In this document: positions 1-13,228 of the stretch, piece after piece
Position numbering within the stretch: the stretch's first letter is position 1
Layout of the letters: the number at the start of each line of letters is the position of its first letter
Assembly: GCF_018977255.1 (NCBI RefSeq)
Contig: NW_024704742.1
Location: forward strand, 46,130,001 to 46,194,000
DNA from: Callorhinchus milii
Lineage: Eukaryota
Length of the DNA stretch: 64,000 bases
Reading direction: 5' to 3'
Made by a program: the position numbers and the translations under genes
The notes under the pieces: model-generated
Told to the model about the DNA's origin: nothing
The model's input: the letters and a program-made list of their open reading frames with translations, nothing else
The model's database searches: none

Positions 1-2077
1 CTTTGCTTGAAAGGATGAAGGGCTGAGTAGAGAAAACGACTATATGAACATTCATGATGTAAAACACAAGGAAAAAAACAGAGGCTAACTGAAATAGTAT
101 GCGTCAGGTAACAACGGGCAACTCTTTGACAGTTAATTGGATTTTTTATATTTGCTCCAGGGGATGTGAAATATTGTTCACCTAATCTGGTCAGATTTGT
201 CCAACGCTTTATTTTACTTGAAAAAATGGGCTTTATGTTTGGATCTTTGCCCATTTAATGGAGGGTGTTTCACAAGTGTAACCAGCAGCAAAAGCATTAC
301 CTCCATCAGTCCTATTGTCACAATTTTCCACTCATTCCCATAACATGCTGTTTCCTGCACTAAGAGCTAGTGTGCATCCTTTGTTTTAAACCCGTGACGG
401 AAAAACACAACTAGAAGTTACACGTGCTGGCTGGTGCATGTTCCTCTTTCCTGCTATAAATAGGATATTAGCCTGTCCTAGAAAGGAGCTTCCTCACAAT
501 TATTGGAGTAATGGGCTTTAGCAGTGCTAACTGTGAAGGAGAGCACATCATTTGAGGGTTGATGTGATGAAGTTAGTTTGATAGCCTCCTGAACTGTCCT
601 CAGGCAATAAAAGCCAATTGAAATGTTCCGTCTTCATCATCTTGCTTTTTTTTCTCCCTCTTTGGCTGTATACTGGTACCAGGGATTCATTGAATATGAT
701 GGCACGAGTCCTCAGATATAGTAATAACACTAATAATAATCCTTGCATATAGCAACAGTACATGTACTGGTGCCCAATTATGTGTAGCTTTCATAACAAG
801 CTAATTCACCTGCCATAATTTGAACTGCACTGTGTTTGAAACAATACTGTACATAGTTACTTCAGTCAATTTATTTTGTTTAATTCTGCATAAAGTAAAA
901 CCTAATAACATGCATTTTAAATGATTTTCAGCATACTATGCCTGAATATCTCTCAGTATAGCAAGTGACCTGGGCAGTGCTTATTCTTTTCTTCAATAAA
1001 GTACTTTTGCTTGTATCCACCTTCGATCAACATACTATCTCACCTCGGACTGCCCTTGACCACAGATATTGTCAAATACATATGCTATCATTGTATAGGA
1101 AATCACAGTACCATGTCGAAGGGAAAACAAGCTAAATTTAAAAGCAGACACAAACACTGACATTGAGATCTGTATGTTAATGCCTTAAGTAGCAACCATC
1201 TATCAGAAAGCTTTCTTTCTATAAATCTCTTGCCGAGTTCTGAATTGGCAAAGATAAATGAGTAAGGGCCTCGCGGGTGCTGCCAGCGAAATTGGAACAC
1301 ACATCTGTAATGATATTCCTGGCATCACATAACACCTGCACATTAATAGAATGGCAGTACTTACTGTTACAAGAATTATGTGCTTTCTCAGCAGGTGCAG
1401 AGATGGCTGCTTGGCTACTGTCAATCAACTCTGTGACATTGGGAATAGGAGCTCTGTCTGTAGTTCTCGTTTGCTATAGCAATTAAGTTGGGAAAGTTTG
1501 GCTTGCTGAGCTGAGGATATCAAGCTCTGTCTTGGATGACTATCTTAAAATCGAGGAACACAGGGCTTGACTTGAAATTATTTGAACATTATTGACATGC
1601 TGGTATCTCTACAGGGGAGGGGAATCTCAAAGGAAATAAACATAAAGGATGACCACTGCATCACGCTCACTGGTGAAAAATTCATGCAAATCGGTTAGGT
1701 CAACAGACTTCACTTAACTGGTAGGACGAGCTTACTGAATATAAATCTCTCAAAACTATGCATGTCAGACTGATCAATACACTAATATTCTCTGTAAATT
1801 CTGATGGATTCATCTCTTTCCCCAATGGGAGTGTGCCAGCACTAGTAATAACCATTTTAAAATGGGCAAATCAATCTAAAACAGCCACTATTTATATTCT
1901 GCACTTATTTATATTCCATAGCATCACTTTCAGCATTGCAGAGGGGAGCAGTAAGATTTAATAGCTTATCCCCCAAATTATCTTCTCAGTTTGTTGACTC
2001 TTGCACTTGCATTCCAATGCCAAATGTGCATGAAAATGAAATAATAACTGTTGCCAAAATCGAAAGTTTGGCAGCAG

Positions 2078-3022
2078 AACAACAACAACAAAATTACATT
2101 TATAGAGTGCCTTTCATGTCGGGGGGACATCCCAAAGCACTGAACAGTCAGGTGTTGGGGCCCGAGCATGGGGGAGGGGTGGTGTAGGGGTGAGGGAAGG
2201 CGGAGAGGTGGGAGGAAGACCAAACAACAACAACAACAACAACAAGATTCCATTTATAGAGCGCCTTTCACGTCAGGAGGACGTCCCAAGGCGCTGACCA
2301 AAGGCACGGTCAAAGAGAAGGTTCTTTAGACCAGCCTTGAAGGAGGCAAGGGAGGAAGCGAGGCGAAGGGGCTGTGGGATGGAGTTCCAGAGTGTGGGAG
2401 CAGAGAGGCTGAAAGCCCGGCCACCGATGTTAGGGAGCGTCGGGCGGGAGACATGGAGCAGGCCGGAGCCCGATGAATGGAGGGAGTGGGCAGGTTGGTA
2501 GGGAGTCAGCAAGTCAGAGAGGTAGGAGGGGGTAATGCCATGGATGGCCTTAATGGTGAGGATGAGGATCTTGAACTCGATCCTCTGGGGGATGGGGAGC
2601 CAGTGGAGTCGGGCGAGGGTGCGAGTGGTGGAGTCGGGGAGCCTGGTCCGTGAGAGTACATGAGCTGCAGAGTTTTGGATGATCTGCAGCTTGTGAAGGG
2701 AAGAGTTGGGAAGGCCAATGAGGAGGGAGTTCCCGTAATCGAGCCTTGAAGGTGACGAATGCGTGGGTGAGGGTTTCGGCAGCCTGAGGGGTGAGGCAGT
2801 GGCGGAGTCTGGCAATGTTGTGGAGGTGGTGGTAAGCAGTGCCGGTCATCGCGCGGATGTGGGGGAGAAAAGACAGTTCAGGGTCAAACAAGATACCCAG
2901 GTTCCTGACTGGCTTAGTGAGGTTGAATGTGCAACCATGGAGGCTGATACTGCCAGTGCCTGAGGAGAGGAAGCACTGGCTCGAGCCAATCAGGAGGGCC
3001 TCAGTCTTGCTGATGTGGAGTT
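2078..3022 (-). mobile_element. L2 LINE, 5'-truncated (ORF2 C-terminus + 3' UTR + (TTG)n tail)
   Basis: Minus-strand ORFs give SRLDYGNSLL, LQIIQNSAAHVL, LHWLPIPQRIEFKIL, GGRAFS and LWNSIP, typical of the L2 ORF2 C-terminus. Tail stem-loop and (CAA)n lie at the left end. Confidence 0.92.
2225..2295 (-). mobile_element. L2 3'-tail-only insertion nested in the L2 above
   Basis: A second (CAA)n plus tail stem-loop is flanked by direct repeat GACCAAA (2218-2224, 2296-2302). The related copy near 60985 reads gaccaaaggc uninterrupted. Confidence 0.8.
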
Positions 3023-3178
3023 GGTTCAAAGTCTCATCCAAAGGACGACACCTCCAATAATGCAATGCACTGCCCAGCCCTGTTTGGCAGTATCAGCCTA
3101 CACTGTGAGTTTGAAGTCCCAATGGGAAACTTTCTGACTCGCAAATGAGTGTGGTACTGATTGAACCAGTCTGACACT
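3023..3178 (-). mobile_element. SINE family B 5' fragment (tRNA-derived head)
   Basis: Reverse complement resembles the tgtcagcctggctcagttggtagcact...gagtcagaagg head of the copy at 19280. Confidence 0.65.
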
Positions 3179-4439
3179 CTCAAACATGCTGTAACCAGTG
3201 TGTAAAATTTGTATTAAACTTTGAGAGTTTTTGCAAAAAAAATGCAGGAAACTTTCTACATTATGACTCAATTTTTAATACTTGGAAAGTCCTAATTATG
3301 CTGTCAAATACAACAACTTTCACTTGGCTTCAGACACTGGCATTCAACCCTCATCCACGCATTTGTTATGTGTTGGCGGAAGTTGCACCAATCGCAAAAA
3401 TCAGAGGCGAAGTTTACACTCCTTCATCAGACAATGGTCTAAAAATTATTTTGAAAGCAAACAATAAAACTGAAGAAAAAAAACATTGTAGAAGCTAGGA
3501 TTCAACAAACAAAATCTATTTTTGCAATGTTAAAACAAAATGAAGCTGTATAGGTTCCAGAGAAGCAAATACTCTGCCACAAACTTGTTAAGTATAGAAC
3601 AATTCCACCAAATATTCCCAAAACATAACTACACTAATTGGTTGTGCACATCAGAGTATAATAGAACATAGCATCACAGGAATACCACCATCTCCCAGTT
3701 TCCTCCTCCAAAACATGGTGAAACCTGAATTGGATATACAGTTCAACTTTTTTATTATGTACTTCTTGATCAAAAAATAATAATATTAATCCTTCCATTT
3801 GGTATAACATCTTTCACGATGGGAGGACTTCCCAAAGCATTTCATAGGATATACTCTTAGTGTAGTGACTGTGTGTTTTTGTAGGCAAACATAGCAGCCA
3901 ATTTGAGCATAGCAATGTGGTTATAACACAATTGCAGTAAGGACCCTGTCTAGTAGACCTACTTATTTTCCATGTGCCTACCAGATTTTCAAACTAAAAT
4001 GTCCGACTTCCAGGTCATCAAGTCACTTCCCACTTTGCTGAACATGGAGAAAGCAGTGAGTGACATTGGCGGTGACTTAATGACCTCGAACTTGACCATT
4101 TTTGCTTTCCACACAATAAATGAGTGTGTGAATATATCCTTGGCATTGTACTGATAATGTGCCATCTGCTCTAATCACAGGGGGCATTACACACTGCTTA
4201 GTAAGACAGGGTAGCAGTGAGAGTTGACTAGCAGCTGGTAGGTACACAGCCCCCCAGCAAGCTGAGTGTCCCAGTTGAATTGTATGAGATGTAAATTTTG
4301 CTGGACTGTTAATGTCACAGGAAGATGTTTTAAACTCAAATTGGAAGGTGGTCTGGATGACCTGAGGAAGTTCAGCACTCAAATAGTCAGTGCTACTGCC
4401 TAAATACAATATCATTCCAGTTGATCTCCACTCCTCTGC

Positions 4440-4720
4440 CCACACATAGGCCTACTGCGTGTCTACGCCCCCTCCACACCCTGATTAGTGGCTGTGCTTC
4501 ATCTACAATGCTCTTAATCTCCTGTAAGCCCTGCCTCAATCCTTTTGCCTTGTCCCTTCTTTATCTATCTTTAAATCTTACCTTGAAACTTATCTCTTCA
4601 ACCATGCCTATGGTGACATATACCATCTCCTTCTCTCTTGCTCCCTGTCCAACCCCATAGCGCAGCACTTCAAGATGCTCTCATGTTTGAAAGGCAATAT
4701 AAATGCAAGTTGCTGTTGTT
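4440..4720 (+). mobile_element. Degenerate L2 3' fragment
   Basis: Pyrimidine-rich 3' UTR ending gaaaggcaatataaatgcaagttgctgttg. Confidence 0.65.
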
Positions 4721-5194
4721 TCAGTTGTTATATGTTATTGTGTCCTATTGCTTTGATTTGAAAATCCTTTAAATAGGTTATTAAAAATAACCTCCAGGCA
4801 TTGATATCTCTGTATTGGGAAAATTGATATTTTCTTATTTGCAACATTTGAGCTTCACCGTATCTATCAAAATACTGTGAGATGTTTGTTGCTAATTGCT
4901 TTTCTTTTCTGCTTATTTCCCTACATATGGTGTTTACATGAGTGTTTGTTAATATGTTGATGCCTAAGCTGAATTGATTTTTCTCTGTATAAATGTATCA
5001 CCGAGTTTAGTGCATGACATATTGGGAGATAAATGAGTTGGTACATGATAAATGCAGAAAAAATTATCTCAATCCTCAGTTCATCAGATAAACTATTGGC
5101 AACAAATTACAGATACCACTTGTCGTGTATGAGCCAAAGGTAATATCATCCAGTTTGGTGCCTTGTTTTGGTGCTCAATTAGGTGATGGGTTAT

Positions 5195-5600
5195 ATCATG
5201 TTGGACAAGAGTAGGTTGAGAGGCAATATGATAGCATGCTTTAACATTCTAAAGGGACTAGATAGTGTAAACCATGATAAACTGTTTTATCTTGTCCAGA
5301 ACAGTAGAACCAGAGGGTACGGCCTGTGATTGAAGGGGGGGCAAATTCAAAACAAATCTGCGGAAACATTATTTCGGTGAGGTGAGTAGTAAATGGATGT
5401 AACAGTCTCCCGAGGGAGATGAGGAAACAGAAAGCGTTGATTCTATCAAAAGCAAATTGGACAGATATCTTTCAGCAAATAATATTGTGGGATACAGTAT
5501 ATATTTCGGGAATTGACATGTGCAGCGACTGCCAGGATGGTGGAAGGGGAACTGGATGGACCTTCATCTTCTTTCATCTAGCAATTCTTATATTCTTATG
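5195..5600 (+). mobile_element. CR1 LINE 3' fragment
   Basis: Translates as LDKSRLRGNMIACFNILKGLD...SRTRG (CR1 ORF2 C-terminus). Ends in attcttatattcttatg repeats. Confidence 0.8.
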
Positions 5601-5624
5601 TGATAGAGTTCCAGAGCCTATTCT

Positions 5625-5885
5625 TAGGCTCTGGAACTCTATCCCCCAGTGCCTTCGCCTTGCTTCCTCCCTTTCCTCCTTCAAGGCCGGTCTCAAGACC
5701 TTTTTCTTTGACCGTGCCTTCAGCTCCCCTTTCGACTCTCTACCCCCTCCTCGCTCCCTCCCTTCCCTCCCCTCACCCTGACCATTTCCCCCCTGCTCGG
5801 GTCCTGACCCAACTGTGCAGCGCCTTGGGACGTCCTCCCGACGTGAAAGGCGCTCTATCAATGGAATCTTGTTGTTGTTGTTGTG
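5625..5885 (+). mobile_element. L2 3' fragment with intact tail stem-loop
   Basis: LWNSIPQCLRLASSLSSFKAGLKT, then agcgccttgggacgtcctcccgacgtgaaaggcgct (5819-5854), then (TTG)n. Confidence 0.9.
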
Positions 5886-6109
5886 ATGTACTAAGCAGCA
5901 GGAGAAAGATTTCAGCACCTCTTTCTTGCTACAGTTTTGGTTCAATCATTCTCAGATTCAATATGCCCTGTGAAATGACTTCTGTTTTCTGATTGTCTTC
6001 TTTACATACACAACTATGAGCTTTATTCCACAATCAGCATGTTCGGTGTGGTTTGTTCACTTTGGTTGTGATGTGCAATGTTTGGTTTTGTATTTTGCCA
6101 CAGTTTCCA

Positions 6110-6690
6110 AATACAATGCCAGCGATCACCAACAACCTCCTCCATCCACTCTCCTGTGCCCCCTGCATCCTCACTTCCAACTCCAAATGCAAGGAGGGGA
6201 TGGACTTCCGAGGATCTAAAATCAAGCAGATTCATATGTGGAGTGGATTCCACATCTTCAACCCCTTCTCCCCCTCATCCCTTATTAAAATCAAAAACCC
6301 TTTCCAATGGCTGGATCAATAAATCATCTTTGCTGTGCATTCCTCGTTCTCATCTTTAAATCCCTCCATGCTCTTGTCCCTCCCTACTTCTGTGACATCC
6401 TTCAGCCACTGCCTTTACTTAGTGAGCATCTTCCCGCTTCATGTCCTCTGTCATATCTGCCCCACCAGTGGGCAGGTGGACTCTCAGCTCCTGCAGAATT
6501 CCATCCCAGAATCCTTCCAATTCACTCCCACCCCTCTTTCAAGGCATGTCTCAGAACGTAACTCTTTGACCACACTTTCCCCTCTCTATCAGCTTCCACC
6601 CCTACCTTGAGAGCCTATCCAGTGCTGTGAAGCTGCTGTGAGTTGTTTTCCCAGCAAGAAAAGCACTATATAAATGTAAATTGTATTGCA
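6110..6690 (+). mobile_element. Old L2 3' fragment
   Basis: Remnants such as FLVLIFKSLHALVPPY and SFKACLRT. Degenerate tail aaagcactatataaatgtaa. Confidence 0.7.
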
Positions 6691-8604
6691 TTGTATTAAG
6701 TTTCCAGCTTTTAGGACGATGTATTTATGCTTAGTTTTTTTTTGTCCTGTTATCCCAAGAAATAATGATTCTCACATCACATTTTGATCTCCTAACAATA
6801 TGCAGGGGAAATACACTGCCGATGAATCTGCATCTCAAAAATGCCGATCACATTAAAATTCAGATGCTGTGCATTTCTACGATTTTCTCTTCTTTCCAAT
6901 AATTCTGCATGCGTTGAATTAAAATGACAATATAATTATATATAGCACCTTTCACATTGGGAGGCTCTCTCAATGCGCTAACCACCTCCTCTGTCACTCT
7001 TGTATTCTGTTCCCCACCTTCAACTCCATATGCGAAAAGGTGACAGGAATCCTCTGATCTAAAATCGATTATAAATATTAAATTGTAAGATGACTAAATT
7101 ATTGAACCATATCTCTCATGTCAAAGCAACTTCAACAAAGTTTGTGATATTTTGCCCACAAAATACTCAGTAAATCTACTTTACAGTATATCCTTGAAGC
7201 ACTTTGAGATGTCTCAATAACACGATAAAGCACTATATCAAATGAAAGGAATATTATTATTATAACTTGTTATTTCTGAACCATTTTTATCTCTGCTCTG
7301 TTCCACAAGCTTCTAAAGAAATTGTTGTAATTTTGTAACAGAATTGTACTAGCTGAAACTGCTGTGAGTTCAGTTCTCGGGTATTCAATCCAGCCTTGGC
7401 CACAGAACCTTCTGGGATGTTTGAAATTGTATTACGTGTGAATAGTTCTAAAGATTCAGCCTATTCAAAAGAATAGTTATTATAATTCTCCTGAGAGCTA
7501 AGATGCCAAATAATCCTGAAATCGACTGATTGAGTTTCCGTCTTCCAAAAGTATTTGCTGGAAGTTACATAGCCTTTGAATTCTTACTGTGAAACACTTT
7601 CCCAAATGAAACTGAAGAACAAAGTTGAGTGGTACTGTTTGGGAAGTCAGGAGTGTTCTACAGTCTTGGCTTTCATCAATAAGTGCCTACAATCTCATGG
7701 TTTTTAGGAAACATACTTGTGTTACTTATCATCTTGCCCTTTTCATTTTAGATGGTTTCTTTCTACCAGTATTTGCTAATGAGAATGAAATGGTTTATAC
7801 CTTTTTTCAGAAGATAAATGTCCAGTTTCATGTCACTGCTTGCCACTAAAATCCTGCAATATGACAAATTACCTCGCAAACCCTATCAGTTATAGGGAAA
7901 CATGACCATGGATGAACAAGATAGATGGTAAGTAAAATGTTAGCATTTGCATAGAGTTTTCTTACAGCTACATTCAGAGAGCACGCAGATCTGGAGAACA
8001 ATTATATCACCGTTAAGGCTTGAATGTTTAATCCGAAAGTTATTTAGACAGGTTTTAATTGCAAATGACTTCATTTGTGTAGAAAATAAAAGATTTGTCA
8101 CACAGATAGGGATGATTTATTTTCATCCATTATATTTGTAGCTTATGAAATAAACATGTAAATTGAATTATTAGCCAATATGTATGGTTTGGGAACTGTT
8201 ATATAAAATAAGTTGAAATAATAAATACATTTGTCTAGTGATTACAGAAATGCAGGAGAAATCAAGGAATGGCTTTGATGCAGTGAAATTGCTGAGTAAT
8301 TACAATTCAATACAATTTACATTTATATAGCATCCTTCACGTTAAAAGGACATCTCAAAGTATTCGACAAAGCTAGATGGGCAAAAGAGCTAGGGGTGGG
8401 AGCTGAGAAGGGTGGGAAGGGGAAAGAATTTTGGCACTGTTATTGGATATTGCCTTCGGCCAACTAAGTAACCCTTTGTTAGATGAAGCCCTCATGGCTC
8501 CATGTTCACAGGAACAGTGGCACTCAAATTCCTTACATCTGGGGTGGCTGTCGATACTCCACATTGGTCCCACCTTACAATCACCACCCCCGGGCATGCT
8601 ACAC

Positions 8605-8860
8605 TATGTTAGACTAAGTGTTAGTAGCACTCCCACTTCAGAGTCAAGAAGTTGTGAGTTCAAGCCCATGATGTCAGGAATGTGAACTCATATACAAGAC
8701 TGACACTCCACTGCAATGCTGGGGGTGTGCTTCATTGTTGGAGGTGCCTTCCTTTGGATTAAACTTCAAACCAAGGTCTTTCTGTCTTTTCACCTGGACA
8801 ATAAAGATCCCATGCCACTATTCAAAAAGATAATGAAGTTTCTCCCAGACCTTGGCCATG
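8605..8860 (+). mobile_element. SINE family B (partial)
   Basis: agcactcccacttcagagtcaagaagttgtgagttcaagccc...aaagatcccatgccactattc matches other family B copies. Confidence 0.7.
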
Positions 8861-9524
8861 TGCCTAGCAGTCTCAAACATCTCAGGCGTATTCTTGCATC
8901 TTCTGTGGAGAAGAAAGCAATCAGGAATTCGAACCATGCAACAGTCTGATTCATATTCATTTAATTAAACCTGACTATCATAAATCACAAAGTCCACGTA
9001 TCATGAAGCAAGACTGGTTCAACAGTCCTATGGAGATTAACAATAAGTTCAGTACAAGTCCTTCTATAAAGCTGCAGTCAGCATCAATGTTCAGCTTGGG
9101 TAAAGACACAACATGGCAGTATTTTTTCTATAAAAATAAATGAACTCCACATTTATCTGATGTTAGTTCAGCTAATTTTCAGAATTTGTAAACACTTCTC
9201 CAAACACATTAAAACACTACTGAATGTTTTGGATAGCAGTAAAATGTAAAATGTTTCCTGAAAAACTGTATACTGTATTATGTAGAGCCAAGCAAGAGCA
9301 AGCTTCCCATCTAAAATTATACAGCAACTGTCAATTGCATTTACTGTTTGTCTCCAATGTGTTACCCACCCTGATTGGAAGTGAAATGCTTAATGATGTT
9401 CTCAATGATCTATACAAGCAGCTATTCACATCATCAGTCACAACTTTCTCTTTGTTGCGTTGTCTTCCCCACAGGATGCAAGTAAGGAATCATTCTAGAG
9501 CACGGGAGGAGACTTTTCATAATT

Positions 9525-9932
9525 ATAGCAATCCTTATATTTGATGTAGCTCCTTTCACATCAGGAGTATGTCTCAAAGCACTTCATAGGATGTACTGTG
9601 ACATTTAGTGCATTTGGTCAAACATGGCAGCCAGTTTGCTCACAGTAATGTCACACAAACAGCCATGAAGTGAATGACCAATTTTATGTGGGAGTTTGTA
9701 AGCCATGATACTGGAAAAACTCCCTGGTCTTTTCAAATAGTAGATATGACATCCTTAATATCCACCTGAACAAGCAGGCAGGACCACAGTTTAACATCTT
9801 TAACCTCTGACAATGATGCACATCCTGAGCGCTTCAGTGTCACCGTGCGAGTTCAAAGTCCTGGTGTGGGGTTTGAACCCACAACCTTCTGATTCTGAAA
9901 TGAGAGTGCTACTAATAGAACCAGCCTGACAC
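9525..9932 (-). mobile_element. SINE family B (near full length)
   Basis: Head (rc of gggtttgaacccacaaccttctgattctgaa), core (ggcagccagtttgctcacag...cacaaacagc) and L2-type tail are all present. Confidence 0.8.
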
Positions 9933-10123
9933 ACAGTATGTTTTAAATAAAAATGCAGAATATCTGCAATAGAAATACATAGCAGGTCAATGAGCAACTG
10001 AAAGGAAAAGAAAAGTTAAAGCTTTTCAAATAACTCTTCTCCTGAGTTGAAACATAAGAACATAGAAAAACAGGAATACTCTGTTTTGGATTCTGGTAGT
10101 AGTGATTCACACACTTCAATTTT

Positions 10124-10900
10124 CACAAGATCACGGAGGTTTGGATGAAGAAGGACCTTCAGCCGGTTTGATCTCATCCTTCCACAATACCCACTTTTTT
10201 GTCACCCTTTTTTAGCATCGAGCTGTTTTTTGTAAATGAGTCTAGTGCTGTGACGTCAACCTCCTTCATGTTAACCCATCCCAGTAGTTATTCAGAGGAG
10301 AGCAATGAGGATGATCCACAGTATTAGAGGAATGAGCTATGAGCATCGCTTAGATAAGATAGGGCTCTTCAGTTTTGAGAGAAGATGACTCAGAGGGGAC
10401 CTCATAGTGGTGTATAACATTTTACATGTGATTAAAAAAGTAAACCCAGATCAATGTTTTAAGTTGCATCAAGACAGGAGACCAAGAGGACATAGGTTCA
10501 AAGTTGTAAAGGATAATTTCAGAACACATACCAGGAAGCTCTTTCTTTACCCAGAAGCTAATTCATGATTGGAACAGTTTGCCAGGGAAGGTAGCAGGGG
10601 TTAGGACATTGGACTAATTCAAAAAGCAGCTTGATGCAGTAATGGAGGGGATGGGAGGGTGGGGTTTCTGGAGGGATGAAATCAGATGGGCAGAAGGGCC
10701 TTCTTCATCCAAACCAATCTTGTGATCTTATGAATTGTCTGTTCATTTCCTGATATCTTTCCTGATATTATCCTTTGCAATGCTAAACCGATGCCCTCTT
10801 GTTCTGGTGTCTCGGTGCATTTGAAAGTTTTGTTCTGGATTTATTTTCTCAACCCCATTTAAAATCATATGTACCTTGATCTCATCTTTCCTGAGTGCCT
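10124..10900 (-). mobile_element. CR1 3' fragment split by a + strand CR1
   Basis: 10124-10285 is the reverse complement of the CR1 3' end seen at about 10580-10732. 10735-10900 continues it (rc gives accagaacaagagggcatcgg, TRG-like). Confidence 0.7.
10291..10732 (+). mobile_element. CR1 LINE 3' fragment
   Basis: QRRAMRMI...MSYEHRLDKIGLFSFER..LRGDLIVVYNIL...RTRGHRFK, followed by a CR1-type 3' UTR. Confidence 0.88.
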
Positions 10901-11129
10901 ACCATAACATTCTCCCAGCTAATTTATTGCATTTTTCAACCTAATCAGGACCTATTTGGCTTGCAGTTTAGCGTTTGGAGTTGCAAATACAATACAACCC
11001 AGGAAATATTGTTTTATAGTCGAGCTTGGGGTCTTGAGGTGTAGCTTAATAACATATATATCTATATGAATTGAGCATGTTCAGGTATACATGCTATATA
11101 ATATCTTTTATGGGGTCTCCAGTCTACTG

Positions 11130-11245
11130 TTTCAATTTTGATGATGGATCAAACTGAAACATGAATCTATTTTTCTCTTCCTGAGTCTGATTCACTTGGC
11201 TATGGATTTGCAGTATTGTTTTTTTATATCAGATTTCCAATTTTT
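11130..11245 (+). mobile_element. Penelope-like pLTR remnant
   Basis: ttgatga...tgaaac followed by a pyrimidine tail ending tcagatttcca, similar to 55870-56000. Confidence 0.5.
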
Positions 11246-12349
11246 AAAATGTTAAACATTTTGCATCCATGCTGAACATAAACTAGGGATCGAGTGATCA
11301 TACTTTGCTGATCTGTGGACAATTCAGCAATCACATCTTGCCCTTGGAGCCAGTGAAAATCTGAATCGAAGACGACATTGGCTGAATAATTCTTCTTTGC
11401 CCCTTTTTAGTTCCGCTATATGTTTGCTACAATCATTTCTGATTGGACTGTGGAACTGGAATACATAACTGTGTGTCTGAAAGTAGTACAGAATAAAGTT
11501 GACTACAGTTTAAAATCTGAAAGGTCAAAACTCTACTAACTAATAAGAATGTGGAAAAACGCACATAATTTATCTTTTCTTATTTGAAGTGGAGCAGTGC
11601 ATTGAACTGTATCATCTTGCTAAATATGACTGTATTTAGTCAGCTGAGCTGAACAGCTGCTAGGCTGAACATGAGATTTGACTGTTTGGTTCAGCATAAT
11701 CCTTTCCATCAGTTGCATTGCATCTAAATTTTAATCAGGTATTGTCTGTTTGTGTGTTTGTGCTTGCCTGCAAACTCTGTATATTTAATTCATAAAAAAA
11801 TTATACATCAATTGATCTAGAATGAGCTCTTGTTCAAGATTCTTGAATTCATACATTTCATCAAATTATATGGAAATAATGGATATCTGTAAGTGATTAC
11901 CAGGCAGTAAGTATTATCATTGCACAGCTAACATGGCACCTTGAACTGTGAGGCTTAAGCTTGGGGAATTTATCATTTTGAACCTGGTTATGAAATTACT
12001 GCTTGGAAATCATTTTAAAATAGCTGTTACTTTTTCTTATAATACACCCTGTGGATTAGTATGGACAGTTTTATTTCATTTTCCCTGCAGTCTTGTTTGT
12101 TGATGGTAGCTGACAAAGAAGACACTGATATAAGGACAGTTCATGCAGTTCGTGCCTGGTGATATCCATTTTACAGAAAGATTAACAGTTGAGACATAAG
12201 TTCAGACATACATAAGGTTATTATCATGAAACAACCTGCAGCTAATTTCCAGGAAATAGCATAGCCAGTATATTACATATTTTTTATTATAAATTGAAAA
12301 CCTATTCAGATACATGTGAAAAAAACATACACAAAACCGCATTACAGTT

Positions 12350-12700
12350 ATCCCCAATGGCTCGCTAGGTAAATATTTCACCTGTTGAGATACTGAACCT
12401 CCCAGATAAGAAGGATACCAGGTATTAGCATTGATTGATGCTGAGATGACTGATCTCAATCAGAGGAACAATACAATACAATTTATATTTGGATAGTGCC
12501 TTTCATGTTGGGAGGACATCTCAAAGAGCTTTGAACAGTGTGGTGCTTAAATTGGTCTCAGTCCCTCTTTGCTAAATAGAGGATAATCCAGTTCACAATT
12601 GCTAATAAACAACTCCTATTGCACATGACAAATGAGGACCACATTGGACTTAGTTCTGATGCCTTTAATGGTCAAATAGTTTTGTTGACATTGGTGCCTA
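12350..12700 (+). mobile_element. Old SINE-like repeat (family C), interrupted by an L2 tail at about 12468-12535
   Basis: Shares ctgatctca..., attggtctcag and tgagga...ctgatg blocks with 33410-33620. Confidence 0.45.
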
Positions 12701-13151
12701 AAAAGAGGTATACAAGTGTGGCTCTCAACAAAAAATAGTGTCCATGGTCATAGATGGCATCAAATGGTATAAATGGGGTTGCAGCTAGAGAAAGCGATGT
12801 AGATTTCAGTTTACTGACGATTGTAAATCATTCCCTGAGTATTCGTTCTTGAGAATGTTTGGTGGAAACTGGAGAAAAGATGAGCATCAGAAGAAGGCGA
12901 AATACGGAAAATGCATTGAGTAAAAAATGCAACAGTGATCTGATTAGGTTTAACTGTACACCACATTTTCAAAAACTTTACCAATGACAGAATAACCATT
13001 CAGTTGTGGAAGGTGGCAAAGAGGGGATTCGCATTTCAAAGTTTTGTGGCATCTGTATTCAATCTGGCTATAATGGTAGGATGCCACTAACCCACCCTTT
13101 ACATCTTACTGCTTAGGTTGGATACGTATCCTTAAACAGAAATACTAAATG

Positions 13152-13225
13152 CCTGTCAGCCTGGCTCAGTTGGTAGCACTCTTACCCTTGAATCAGAGCT
13201 CTAGGCCCATGCCAGGACATATAGT
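13152..13225 (+). mobile_element. SINE family B head
   Basis: tgtcagcctggctcagttggtagcactctt (A-box-like). Confidence 0.7.
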
Positions 13226-13228
13226 CTT

